64,000 bases of DNA from Eledone cirrhosa (taxonomy: Eukaryota). Location: assembly GCA_964016885.1 (NCBI GenBank), contig OZ024743.1:99572001-99636000 (forward strand). Direction: 5' to 3'. The notes beneath the pieces were generated by a model. It saw only the letters and a program-made list of their open reading frames with translations. It made no database searches and was not told the DNA's origin. Shown here piece after piece: positions 13,801-28,800 of the stretch (its first letter is position 1; each line of letters opens with the position of its first letter). A program made the translations under genes and the position numbers.

Positions 13801-16800
13801 GTTTAGTACCAATATTTAGTCTGTGGTACAGATTTAGTACCAATATTTAGTGTGTGGTACAGGTTTAGTACCAATATTTAGTCTGTGGTACAGGTTTAGT
13901 ACCAATATTAAGTTCTGTGTTATAGGTTTAGTACCAATATTTAGTCTGTGGTACAGGTTTTGTATCAATATTTAGTCTGTGGTACAGGTTTAGTATCAAT
14001 ATTTAGTCTGTGGTAAAGGTTTAGTATCAACATTAGTTTTAGTACCAATATTTAGTTCTGTGTTACAGGTTTAGAAACAATATTTAGTTCTGTGGTACAG
14101 GTTTAGTACCAATAATTAGTTCTGTGGTACAGGTTTAGTACCAATATTTAGCCTGTGATACAGGTTTAGTACCATTATTTAGTCTGTGGTACAGGTTTAG
14201 TACCAACATTTAATACTGTGGTACAGGTTTAGTACCAATATTTTGTTCTGTGGTACAGGTTTAGTACCAATATTTAGTCTGTGATACAGGTTTAGTACCA
14301 ATGTTTAGTTCTGTGGTACAGGTTTTGTACCAATATTTAGTTCTGTGGTACAGGTTTAATATCAATATTTAGTCTGTGATATAGGTTTAGTACCAATATT
14401 TAGTTCTGTGGTACAGGTTTAGTATAAATATTTAGTCTGTGGTACAGGTTTAGTATCAATATTTAGTTTGTGATACAGGTTTAGTATCAATATTTAGTTT
14501 GTGGTACAGGTCTAGTACAAATATTTAGTTCTGTAGTACAGGTTTAGTACCAATATTTAGTTCTGTGGTACAGGTTTAGTACCAATAATTAGTTCTGTGG
14601 TACAGATTTGGTACAAATATTTAGTCTGTGGTACAGGTTTATTATCAATATTCTGTTCTGTGGTACTGGTTTAGTATCAATATTTAGTCTGTGGTACAGG
14701 TTTTGTATCAATATTTTGTGTGTGGTACAGGTTTAGTATCAATATTTAGTCTGTGGTACAGGTTTAGTACCAAGTTTAGTTTCTGATACAGGTTTAGTAT
14801 CAATATTTAGTCTGTGGTACAGGTTTAGTATTAATATTTAGTCTGTGGTACAGGTTTAGTACCAATATTTAGTTCTTTGGTACAGGTTTAGTACCAATAT
14901 TTAGTCTGTGGTACAGGTTTAGTATCAATATTTAGTCTGTGGTACGGGTTTAGTATCAATATTTAGCTCTGTGGTACAGGTTTAGTAGCAATATTTAGTC
15001 TGTGGTACAGGTTTAGTATCAATATTTAGTCTGTGGTACAGGTTTAGTATCAATATTTAGTCTGTGGTACATGTTTAGTACCAATATTTAGTTCAGTGGT
15101 ACAGGTTTAGTACCAATATTTAGTCTGTGGTACAGGTTTAGTATTAATATTTAGTTCTGTGGTACAGGTTTAGTATCAATATTTAGCTCTGTGGTACGGG
15201 TTTAGTAGCAATATTTAGCTCTGTGGTACAGGTTTAGTAGCAATATTTAGTCTGTGGTACAGGTTTAGTATCAATATTTAGTCTGTGGTACAGGTTTAGT
15301 ACCAATATTTAGTCTGTGGTACAGGTTTAGTACCAATATTTAGTGTGTGGTACAGGTTTAGTACCAATATTTAGTCTGTGGTACAGGTTTAGTACCAATA
15401 TTAAGTTCTGTGTTACAGGTTTTATCAATATTTTGTGTGTGGTACAGGTTTAGTATCAATATTTAGTCTGTGGTACAGGTTTAGTACCAATGTTTAGTTT
15501 GTGATACAGGTTTAGTATAAATATTTAGTCTGTGGTACAGGTTTAGTATTAATATTTAGTCTGTGGTACAGGTTTAGTACCGATATTTAGTTCTTTGGTA
15601 CAGGTTTAGTACCAATATTTAGTCTGTGGTACAGGTTTAGTATCAATATTTAGTCTGTGGTACGGGTTTAGTATCAATATTTAGCTCTGTGGTACAGGTT
15701 TAGTAGCAATATTTAGTCTGTGGTACAGGTTTAGTATCAATATTTAGTCTGTGGTACAGGTTTAGTACCAATATTTAGTCTGTGGTACAGGTTTAGTACC
15801 AATATTTAGTTCAGTGGTACAGGTTTAGTACCAATATTTAGTCTGTGGTACAGGTTTAGTATCAATATTTAGTTCTGTGGTACAGGTTTAGTATCAATAT
15901 TTAGCTCTGTGGTACGGGTTTAGTATCAATATTTAGCTCTGTGGTACAGGTTTAGTAGCAATATTTAGCCTGTGGTACAGGTTTAGTATCAATATTTAGT
16001 CTGTGGTACAGGTTTAGTACCAATATTTAGTCTGTGGTACAGATTTAGTACCAATATTTAGTGTGTGGTACAGGTTTAGTACCAATATTTAGTCTGTGGT
16101 ACAGGTTTAGTACCAATATTAAGTTCTGTGTTATAGGTTTAGTACCAATATTTAGTCTGTGGTACAGGTTTTGTATCAATATTTAGTCTGTGGTACAGGT
16201 TTAGTATCAATATTTAGTTTGTGATACAGGTTTAGTATCAATATTTAGTCTGTGGTAAAGGTTTAGTATCAACATTAGTTTTAGTACCAATATTTAGTTC
16301 TGTGTTACAGGTTTAGAAACAATATTTAGTTCTGTGGTACAGGTTTAGTACCAATAATTAGTTCTGTGGTACAGGTTTAGTACCAATATTTAGCCTGTGA
16401 TACAGGTTTAGTACCATTATTTAGTCTGTGGTACAGGTTTATTACCAACATTTAATTCTGTGGTACAGGTTTAGTACCAATATTTTGTTCTGTGGTACAG
16501 GTTTAGTACCAATATTTAGTCTGTGATACAGGTTTAGTACCAATGTTTAGTTCTGTGGTACAGGTTTTGTACCAATATTTAGTTCTGTGGTACAGGTTTA
16601 ATATCAATATTTAGTCTGTGATATAGGTTTAGTACCAATATTTAGTTCTGTGGTACAGGTTTAGTATAAATATTTAGTCTGTGGTACAGGTTTAGTATCA
16701 ATATTTAGTTTGTGATACAGGTTTAGTATCAATATTTAGTTTGTGGTACAGGTCTAGTACAAATATTTAGTTCTGTAGTACAGGTTTAGTACCAATATTT

Positions 16801-19800
16801 AGTTCTGTGGTACAGGTTTAGTACCAATAATTAGTTCTGTGGTACAGATTTGGTACAAATATTTAGTCTGTGGTACAGGTTTATTATCAATATTCTGTTC
16901 TGTGGTACTGGTTTAGTATCAATATTTAGTCTGTGGTACAGGTTTTGTATCAATATTTTGTGTGTGGTACAGGTTTAGTATCAATATTTAGTCTGTGGTA
17001 CAGGTTTAGTACCAAGTTTAGTTTCTGATACAGGTTTAGTATCAATATTTAGTCTGTGGTACAGGTTTAGTATTAATATTTAGTCTGTGGTACAGGTTTA
17101 GTACCAATATTTAGTTCTTTGGTACAGGTTTAGTACCAATATTTAGTCTGTGGTACAGGTTTAGCATCAATATTTAGTCTGTGGTACGGGTTTAGTATCA
17201 ATATTTAGCTCTGTGGTACAGGTTTAGTAGCAATATTTAGTCTGTGGTACAGGTTTAGTATCAATATTTAGTCTGTGGTACAGGTTTAGTATCAATATTT
17301 AGTCTGTGGTACATGTTTAGTACCAATATTTAGTTCAGTGGTACAGGTTTAGTACCAATATTTAGTCTGTGGTACAGGTTTAGTATTAATATTTAGTTCT
17401 GTGGTACAGGTTTAGTATCAATATTTAGCTCTGTGGTACGGGTTTAGTATCAATATTTAGCTCTGTGGTACAGGTTTAGTAGCAATATTTAGTCTGTGGT
17501 ACAGGTTTAGTATCAATATTTAGTCTGTGGTACAGGTTTAGTACCAATATTTAGTCTGTGGTACAGGTTTAGTACCAATATTTAGTGTGTGGTACAGGTT
17601 TAGTACCAATATTTAGTCTGTGGTACAGGTTTAGTACCAATATTAAGTTCTGTGTTACAGGTTTAGTACCAATATTTAGTCTGTGGTACAGGTTTTGTAT
17701 CAATATTTAGTCTGTGGTACAGGTTTAATATCAATATTTAGTTTGTGATACAGGTTTAGTATCAATATTTAGTCTGTGGTAAAGGTTTAGTATCAACATT
17801 TAGTCTGTGGTACAGTTTTAGTACCAATATTTAGTTCTGTGTTACAGGTTTAGAACCAATATTTAGTTCTGTGGTACAGGTTTAGTACCAATAATTAGTT
17901 CTGTGGTACAGGTTTAGTACCAATAGTTAGCCTGTGATACAGGTTTAGTACCATTATTTAGTCTGTGGTACAGGTTTAGTACCAACATTTAATTCTGTGG
18001 TACAGGTTTAGTACCAATATTTCGTTCTGTGGTACAGGTTTAATATCAATATTTAGTCTGTGATATAGGTTTAGTACAAATATTTAGTTCTGTGGTACAG
18101 GTTTAGTACAAATATTTAGTCTGTGATGCAGGTTTAGTACCAATATTTAGTTTGTGATACAAGTTTAGTATCAATATTTAGTTTGTGGTACAGGTTTAGT
18201 ACCAATATTTAGTTCTGTGGTAGAGGTTTAGTACCAATAATTAGTTCTGTGCTACAGGTTTTGTACAAATATTTAGTCTGTGGTAAAGGTTTATTATCAA
18301 TATTTTGTTCTGTGGTACAGGTTTAGTATCAATATTTAGTCTGTGGTACAGGTTTTGTATCAATATCTTGTGTGTGGTACAGGTTTAATATCAATATTTA
18401 TTCTGTGGTACAGGTTTAGTACCAATATTTAGTCTGTGGTACAGGTTTAGTATCAATATTTAGTCTGTGGTACAAGTTTAATATTAATATTTAGCTCTGT
18501 GGTACAGGTTTAGTAGCAATATTTAGTCTGTGGTACAGGTTTTGTATAAATATTTTGTCTGTGGTACAGTTTTAGTACCAATATTTAGTTCTGTGGTACA
18601 GGTTTAGTATCAATAATTAGTCTGTGGTAGAGGTTTAGTACAAATATTTAGTTTGTGATACAGGTTTAGTATCAATATTTAGTCTGTGGTACAGGTTTAG
18701 TACCAATATTTAATTCTGTGGTACAGGTTTCGTAACAATATTTAGTCTGTGGTACAGGTTTAGTATTAATATTTAGTTCTGTGGTACAGGTTTAGTACCA
18801 ATATTTAGTTCTGTGGTACAGGTTTAGAACCAATATTTAGTCTGTGGTACAATTTCAGTACCAATATTTAGTCTGTGGTAGAGGTTTAGTATCAATATTT
18901 AGTCTGTGGTACAGGTTTAGTACCAATATTTAGTTCTGTGTTACAGGTTTAGTACAAATATTTAGTCTGTGGTACAGGTTTAGTACCAATATTTAGTCTG
19001 TGGTACAGGTTTAGTATCAATATTTAGTATGTGGTATAGGTTTAAAACCAATATTTATTCTGTGGTACAGGTTTAGTACCAAAATTTTGTCTGTGGTACA
19101 GGTTTAGTACCAATATTTAATTCTGTGGTACAGGTTTAGTATCAATATTTAGTCTGTGGTACAGGTTAATACCAATATTTAGTTCTGTGGTACAGGTTTA
19201 GTACCAATATTTAGTACTGTGGTACAGGTTTAATATCAATATCTAGTCTGTGGTACAGTTTTAGTACCAATATTTAGTTCTGCGGTACGTGTTTAGTACA
19301 AATATTTAGTCTGTGGTACAGGTTTAGTATCAATATTTAGTTCTGTGGTACAGGTTTAGTACAAATATGTAGTCTGTGGTACAGGTTTAGTACCAATATT
19401 TAGTCTGTGGTACAGGTTTAGTACCAATATTTAGACTGTGGTACAGGTTTAGTACCATTATTTAGTTCTATGGTACAGTTTTAGTACCAATATCTAGTCT
19501 GTGGTACAGGTTTAGTACCAATATTTAGTCTGTGGTACAGGCTTAGTACCAATATTTAGTCTGTCGTACTGGTTTAGTACCAATATTTAGTCTGTGGTAC
19601 AGGTCTAGTACCAATATTAAGTTCTGTGGTACAGGTTTAGTACCAATATTTAGTCTGTGGTACAGGTTTTGTATCAATATTTAGTTTGTGGTACAGGTTT
19701 AGTATCAATATTTAGTCTGGGGTACAGGTTTAGTATGAATCTTTAGTCTGTGGTACAGGTTGAGTACCAATATTTAGTCTGTGGTACAGGTTTTGTATAA

Positions 19801-22800
19801 ATATTTTGTCTGTGGTACAGTTTTAGTACCAATATTTAGTTCTGTGGTACAGGTTTAGAACCAATATTTAGTCTGTGTTACAGGTTTAGTACCAATATTT
19901 AGTCTGTGGTACAGGTTTTGTATCAATAATTAGTCTGTGGAACAGGTTTAGTATCAATATTTACTTTGTGATACAGGTTTAGTATCAATATTTAGTCTGT
20001 GGTACAGGTTTAGTATCAATATTTAGTCTGTGGTAAAGGTTTAGTATCAATATTTAGTCTGTGGTACAGTTTTAGTACCAATATTTAGTTCTGTGGTACA
20101 GGTTTAGTACCAATAATTAGTTCTGTGGTACAGGTTTAGTACCAATATTTAGTCTGTGATACAGGTTTAGTACCATTATTTAGTCTGTGGTACAGGTTTA
20201 GTAACGATATTTAGTTCTGTGGTACAGGTTTAGTACCAATATTTAGTTCTGTGGTACAGGTTTAGTACCAATATTTAGTTCTGTGGTACAGGTTTAGTAT
20301 TAGTATTTAGTCTGTGGTACAGGTTTAGTACCAATAATTTGTTCTGTGGTACAGGTTTACTACCAATATTTCGTCTGTGGTACAGGTTTAGTAACAATAT
20401 TTAGTTCTGTGGTACAGGTTTAGTACCAATATTTAGTCTGTGGTACAGGTTTAATACCAATATTTAGTTCTGTGGTACAGGTTTACTATCAATATTTAGT
20501 CTGTGGTACAGGTTTAGTACCAATATTTAGTCTGTGGTAGAGGTTCAGTACCAATATTTAGTTCTGTGGTACAGGTTTAGTACCAATATTAGTCTGTGGT
20601 ACAGGTTTCGTACCAATATTTGATCTGTGGTACAGGTTTAGTACCAATATCTAGTTCTGTGGTACAGGTTTGTACCAACATTTAGTGTGTCGTACTGGTT
20701 TAGTTCCAATATTTAGTTCTGTGGTACAGGTTTAGTATCAATAATTAGTCTGTGGTAGAGGTTTAGAACCAATATTTAGTTTGTGATACAGGTTTTGTAT
20801 CAATATTTAGTCTGTGGTACAGGTTTAGTACCATATATAGTCTGTGGTGTAGGTTTAGTATCAATATTTAGTCTGTGGTACAGGTTTAGTATCAATATTT
20901 ATTGTATGGTATAGGTTTAGTACCTATATTTAGTTCTGTGGTACAGGTTAATACCAATATTTAGACTGTGGTACAGTTTTAGTACCAATATTTAGTCTGA
21001 GGTACAGGTTTAGTATCAATATTTAGTCTGTGGTACAGGTTAAGTACCAAATTTAGTTTTGTGGTACAGGCTTAGTACCAATATTTAGTCTGTGGTACTG
21101 GTTTAGTACGAATATTTAGTTCTGTGGTAAAGGTTTATATATCAATAATTAGTTCTGTGGTACAGGTTTAGTACCAATATTTAGTCTGTGGTACAGATTT
21201 AGTATCAATATTTACTTTGTGGTACAGGTTTAGTACAAATATTTAGTTCTGTGATACTGTGTTGCTACCAATATTTAGTTATGTGGTACAGGTTTAGTAC
21301 CAATATTTAGTTCTGTGGTACAGGTTTACTATCAATATTTATTCTGTGGTACAGGTTTAGTACCAATATTTACTTTGTGGTACAGGTTTAGTACCAATAT
21401 TTACTTTGTGGTACAGGTTTAGTACCAATATTTAGTCTGTGGTACAGGTTTAGTACCAATATTTAGTCTGTGGTACAGGTTTAGTACCAATATTTAGTTC
21501 TGTGGTACAGTTTTAACACCAATATTTAGTTCTGTGCTACAGGTTTAGTACCAATATTTAGTTCTGTGGTAAAGGTTTAGTACCAATATTTAGTCTGTGG
21601 TACAGGTTTAGTACCAATATTTAGTTCTGTGGTACATGTTTAGTATTTGTATTTAGTCTGTGGTACAGGTTTAGTACCAATAATTTGTTCTGTGGTACAG
21701 GTATAGTACCAATATTTCGTCTGTGGTACAGGTTTAGTAACAATATTTAGTTCTGTGGTACAGGTTTAGTACCAATATTTAGTCTGTGGTACAGGTTTAA
21801 TACCAATATTTAGTTCTGTGGTACAGGTTTACTATCAATATTTAGTCTGTGGTACAGGTTTAGTACCAATATTTAGTCTGTGGTAGAGGATCAGTACCAA
21901 TATTTAATTCTGTGGTACAGGTTTAGTACCAATATTAGTCTGTGGTACAGGTTTAGTACCAATATTTAGTTCTGTGATACAGGTTTGTACCAACATTTAG
22001 TGTGTGGTACTGGTTTAGTACCAATATTTAGTTCTGTGGTACAGGTTTAGTATCAATAATTAGTCTGTGGTAGAGGTTTAGTAGCAATACTTAGTCTGTG
22101 GTACAGGTTTAGTATCAATATTTAGTCTGTGTTACAGGTTTAGTAACAATATTTAGTTATGTGGTAGAAATTTAGTACCAATATTTAGTTCCGTGGTACA
22201 GGTTTAGTACGAATATTTAGTTGTGTGATACTGTGTTGCTACCAATATTTAGTTATGTGGTACAGGTTTAGTACCAATATTTAGTTTTGTGGTACAGGTT
22301 TACTATCAATATTTAGTCTGTGGTACAGGTTTAGTACCAATATTTACTTTGTGGTACAGGTTTAGTACCAATATTTAGTTCTGTAGTACAGGTTTAGTAC
22401 CAATATTAAGTCTGTGATACAGGTTTAGTACCAATATTTAGTTCTGTGGTACAGGTTTAGTACCAATATTAGTCTGTGGTACAGGTTTCGTACCAATATT
22501 TGATCTGTGGTGCAGGTTTAGTACCAATATTTAGTTCTGTGGTACAGGTTTGGACCAACATTTAGTGTGTGGTACTGGTTTAGTACCAATATTTAGTCTG
22601 TGGTACAGGTTTAGGATTAATATTTAGTTCTGTGGTACAGGTTTAGTACCAATATTTAGTTCTGTGGTACAGGTTTAGAACCAATATTTAGTCTGTGGTA
22701 CAATTTCAGTACCAATATTTAGTCTGTGGTACATGTTTAGTATCAATATTTAGTCTGTGGTACAGGTTTAGTACCAATATTTAGTTCTGTGGTGCAAGTT

Positions 22801-25800
22801 TAGTACCAATATTTAGTCTGTGGGACAGGTTTAGTAGCAATATTTAGTCTGTGGTACAGGTTTAGTAACAATATTTAGTTCTGTGGTACAGGTTTAGTAC
22901 AAATATTTAGTTCTGTGGTACAGGTTTAATATCAATATCTAGTCTGTGGTACAGTTTTAGTACCAATATTTAGTCTGTGGTACAGGTTTTGTATCAATAT
23001 TTAGTCTGAGGTACAGGTTTAGTACCAATATTTAGTTTTGTGGTACAGGTTTACTATCAATATTTAGTCTGTGGTACAGGTTTAGTACCAATATTTACTT
23101 TGTGGTACAGGTTTAGTCACAATTTTTACTTTTGTGGTACAGATTTAGTACCAATATTTAGTTCTGTGGTACAGGTTTAGTACCAATATTTAGTCTGTGG
23201 TACAGGTTTAGTACCAATATTTAGTTCTGTGGTACAGGTTTAGTACCAATATTTAGTTCTGTGGTACAGGTTTAGTACCAATATTTAGTTCTGTAGTACA
23301 GGTTTAGTACCAATATTTAGTCTGTGATACAGGTTTAGTAACAATATTTTGTCTGTGTTACAGGTTTAGTACCAATATTTAGTTCTATGGTACAGGTTTA
23401 GTACCAATATTTGGTTCTGTGGTAAAGGTTTAGTACCAATGTTTAGTTCTGTGGTACAGGTTTAGTACCAATATTTAGTCTGTGGTACAGGTTTGGTATC
23501 AATATTTAGTCTGTGGTACAGGTTTAGTACCAATATTTAGTCTGCGGTACAGGTTTAGAACCAATATTTAGTCCGTGGTACAGGTTAAGTAACAATATTT
23601 AGTTCTGTGGTACAGGTTTAGTACCAATATTTAGTCTGTGGTACAGGTTCAGTACCAATATTTAGTTCTGTGGTACAGGTTTAGTACCAATATTAGTCTG
23701 TGGTACAGGTTTCGTACCAATATTTGATCTGTGGTGCAGGTTTAGTACCAATATTTAGTTCTTTGGTACAGGTTTGGACCAACATTTAGTGCGTGGTACT
23801 GGTTTAGTACCAATATTTAGTCTGTGGTACAGGATTAGTATTAATATTTAGTTCTGTGGTACAGGTTTAGTACCAATATTTAGTTCTGTGGTACAGGTTT
23901 AGAACCAATATTTAGTCTGTGGTACAATTTCAGTACCAATATTTAGTCTGTGGTACATGTTTAGTATCAATATTTAGTCTGTGTTACAGGTTTAGTACCA
24001 ATATTTAGTTCTGTGGTGCAGGTTTAGTACAAATATTTAGTCTGTGGTACAGGTTTAGTACCAATATTTAGTCTGTGGTACAGGTTTAGTATCAATATTT
24101 AGTCTGTGGTATAGGTTTAGTACCAATATTTAGTCTGTGGGACAGGTTTAGTACCAATATTTAGTCTGTGGTACAGGTTTTGTATCAATATTTAGTCTGA
24201 GGTACAGGTTTAGTACCAATATTTAGTTCAATGGTACAGGTTTAGTACCAATACTTAGTTCTGTGGTACAGGTTTAGTATTAGTATTTAGTCTGTGGTAC
24301 AGGTTTAGTACCAATAATTTGTTCTGTGGTACAGGTTTAGTACCAATATTTCGTCTGTGGTACAGGTTTAGTAACAATATTTCGTTCTGTGGTACAGGTT
24401 TAGTACCAATATTTAGTCTGTGGTACAGGTTTAATACCAATATTTAGGTCTGTGGTAAAGGTTTACTATCAATATTTAGTCTGTGGTACAGGTTTAGTAC
24501 CAATATTTAGTCTGTGGTACAGGTTCAGTACCAATATTTAGTTCTGTGGTACAGGTTTAGTACCAATATTAGTCTGTGGTACAGGTTTCGTACCAATATT
24601 TGATCTGTGGTACAGGTTTAGTACCAATATTTAGTTCTGTGGTACAGGTTTGTACCAACATTTAGTGTGTGGTACTGGTTTAGTACCAATATTTAGTTCT
24701 GTGGTACAGGTTTAGTATCAATAATTAGTCTGTGGTAGAGGTTTAGTACCAATATTTAGTTTGTGATACAGGTTTTGTATCAATATTTAGTCCGTGGTAC
24801 AGGTTTAGTATTTATATTTAGTCTGTGGTACAGGTTTAGTACCATATTTAGTCTGTGGTGTAGGTTTAGTATCAATATTTAGTCTGTGGTACAGGTTTAG
24901 TATCAATATTTACTGTATGGTACAGGTTTAGTACCTATATTTAGTTCTGTGGTACAGGTTAATACCAATATTTAGTCTGTGGTACAGTTTTAGTACCAAT
25001 ATTTAGTCTGTGGTACAGGTTTAGTATCAATATTTAGACTGTGGTACAGGTTTAGTACCAATATTTAGTTTTGTGGTACAAGTTTAGTACCAATATTTAC
25101 TCTGTGGTACAGGTTTATTACGAATATTTAGTTCTGTGGTACAGGTTTATAGTATCAATAATTAGTTCTGTGGTACAGGTTTAGTACCAATATTTAGTCT
25201 GTGGTACAGGTTTAGTATCAATATTTAGTCTGTGTTACAGGTTTAGTAACAATATTTAGTACTGTGGTAGAAATTTAGTACCAATATTTAGTTGTGGTAC
25301 AGGTTTAGTACGAATATTTAGTTCTGTGATACTGTGTTGCTACCAATATTTAGTTATGTGGTACAGGTTTAGTACCAATATTTAGTTCTGTGGTACAGGT
25401 TTACTATCAATATTTAGTCTGTGGTACAGGTTTAGTACCAATATTTACTTTGTGGTACAGGTTTAGTCACAATTTTTACTTTTGTGGTACAGATTTAGTA
25501 CCAATATTTAGTTCTGTGGTACAAGTTTAGTACCAATATTTAGTCTGTGGTACAGGTTTAGTACCAATATTTAGTTCTATGGTACATGTTTAGTACCAAT
25601 ATTTAGTCTGTGGTACTGGTTTAGTACCAATATTTAGTTCTATAGTACAGGTTTAGTACCAATATTTAGTTCTGTGGTACAGGTTTAGTACCAATATTTA
25701 GTTCTGTGGTACAGGTTTAGTACCAATATTTAGTTTTGTGGTACAGGTTTAGTACCAATATTTCGTTCTGTAGTACAGGTTTAGTACCAATATTTAGTCT

Positions 25801-28800
25801 GTGATACAGGTTTAGTACCAATATTTAGTCTGTGGTACAGGTTTAGTAACAATATTTTGTCTGTGGTACAGGTTTAGTACCAATACTTAGTTCTATGGTA
25901 CAGGTTTAGTACCAATATTTAGTTCTGTGGTAAAGGTTTAGTACCAATGTTTAGTTCTGTGGTACAGGTTTAGTACCAATATTTAGTCTGTGGTACAGGT
26001 TTGGTATCAATATTTAGTCTGTGGTACAGGTTTAGTACCAATATTTAGTCCGTGGTATAGGTTTAGTAACAATATTTAGTTCTGTGGTACAGGTTTAGTA
26101 CAAATATTTAGTTCTGTAGTACAGGTTTAGTACCAATATTTAGTCTGTTCTACAGGTTTAGTACCAATATTTAGTCTGTTCTACAGGTTTAGTACCAATA
26201 TTTACTTTGTGGTACAGGTTTAGTACGAATATTTAGTTCTGTGCTACAGGTTTAGTACCAATATTTAGTTCTGTGGTACAGGTTTAGTACCAATATTTAG
26301 TCTGTGGTACAGGTTTAGTACCAATATATACTTCTGTGGTACATGTTTAGTACCAATATTTAGTTCTGTGCTACAGGTTTAGTACCAATATTTAGTTCTG
26401 TGGTACAGGTTTAGTACCAATATTTAGTCTGTGGTACAGGTTTAGTACCAATATTTACTTCTGTGGTACATGTTTAGTACCAATATTTAGTCTGTGGTAC
26501 TGGTTTAGTACCAATATTTAATTCTATGGTACTGATTTAGTACCAATATTTGGTCTGTGGTACAGGTTTAGTATTAATATTTAGTCTGTGGTACAGGTTT
26601 GGTACCAATATTAAGTTCTGTCGTACAGGTTTAGTACCAATAATTTGTCTGTGGTACAAGTTTAGTACCAATATTTTGTCTGTGGTACAGGTTTAGTACC
26701 TATATTTAGTTCTGTGGTACAGGTTTAGTATCAATATTTAGTTCTGTGGTACAGGTTTAGTACCAATATTTAGTCTGTGGTACAGGTTTAGTATCAATAT
26801 TTAGTCTATGGTACAGGTTTAGTACCTATATTTAGTTCTGTGGTACAGGTTAATAACAATATTTAGTCTGTTGTACAGTTTTAGTACCAATATTTAGTGT
26901 CTGGTACAGGTTTAGTACCAATATTTAGTTTTGTGGCAGAGGTTTAGTACCAATATTTACTCTGTCGTACAGGTTTAGTATGAATATTTAGTTCTGTGAC
27001 ACAGGTTTATAGTACCAATAATTAGTTCTGTGGTACAGGTTTAGTACCAATATTTAGTCTGTGGTACAGGTTTAGTACCAATATTTAGTCTGTGGTACAG
27101 GTTTAGTACCAATATTTAGTCTGTGGTACAGGTTTAGTACTAATATTTAGTCTGTGGTACAGGTTTAGTACCAATATTTAGTCTGTGGTGTAGGTTTAGT
27201 ATCAATATTTAGTCTGTGGTACAGGTTTAGTATCAATATTTAGTCTATTGTACAGGTTTACTACCTATATTTAGTTCTGTAGTACAGGTTTAGTACCAAT
27301 ATTTATTGTGTGGTGCAGGTTTAGTACCAATGTTTAGTCTGTGGTACAGGTTTAGTACCAATATTTAGTCTGTGGTACAGGTTTAGTACCAATATTTAGT
27401 CCTCTGGTACAGGTTTAGTACCAATATTTAGTCTGTGGTACAGGTTTAGTACCAATATTTAGTCTGTGGTACAGGTTTAGTACTAATATTTAGTCTGTGG
27501 TACAGGTTTAGTACCAATATTTAGTCTGTGGTGTAGGTTTAGTATCAATATTTAGTCTGTGGTACAGGTTTAGTATCAATATTTAGTCTATTGTACAGGT
27601 TTACTACCTATATTTAGTTCTGTAGTACAGGTTTAGTACCAATATTTATTGTGTGGTGCAGGTTTAGTACCAATGTTTAGTCTGTGGTAGAGATTTAGTA
27701 CCAATATTTAGTTCTGTGGTACTGGTTTAGTACCAATATTTAGTACTGTGGTACAGGTTTAGTACCAATATTTAGTCTGTGGTACAGGTTTAGTACCAAT
27801 ATTAACTTCAGTCGTACAGGTTTAGTAACAATATTTAGTCTGTGGTACTGGTTTAGTACAAATATTTAGTTCTTTGGTACAGGTTTAGTACCAATATTTA
27901 GTTCTGTGGTACAGGTTTAGTAACAATATATAGATCTGTGGTACAGGTTTAGTACCAATATTTAGTTCTGTGGTACAGGTTTAGTACCAATATTTAGTTC
28001 TGTAGTACAGGTTTAGTACCAATATTTAGTTTGTGATACAGATTTAGTACCAATATTTAGTCTGTGGTACAGGTTTAGTAACAATATTTTGTCTGTGGTA
28101 CAGGTTTAGTACCAATATTTAGTTCTCACGTACAGGTTTAGTACCAATATTTAGTCTGTGGTACAGGTTTAGTACCAATATTTAGTCTGTGGTACAGGTT
28201 TAGTACCAATATTTAGTCTGTGGTGTAGGTTTAGTATCAATATTTAGTCTGAGGTACAGATTTAGTATCAATATTTAGTCTATGGTACAGGTGTAGTACC
28301 TATATTTAGTTCTGTAGTACAGGTTTAGTACCAATATTTATTGTGTGGTACAGGTTTAGTACCAATATTTAGTCTGTGGTACAGGTTTAGTAGCAATATT
28401 TAGTCTGTGGTACAGGTTTAGTCACAAAATTTACTTCTGTGGTACAGATTTAGTACCTATATTTAGTTCTGTAGTACAGGTTTAGTACCAATATTTATTG
28501 TGTGGTACAGGTTTAGTACCAATATTTAGTCTGTGGTACAGGTTTAGTACCAATATTTAGTCTGTGGTACAGGTTTAGTCACAATGTTTACTTCTCTGGT
28601 ACAGATTTAGTACCAATATTTAGTTCTGTGGTACATGTTTAGTACCAATATTCAGTCTGTGGTACAGGTTTAGTACCAATATTTAGTCTGTGGTACAGGT
28701 TTAGTATCAATATTTAGTTCTGTGGTACAGTTTTAATACCAATATTTAGTTCTGTGGTACAGGTTGAGTACCAATATTTAGTTCTGTGGTACAGGTTTAG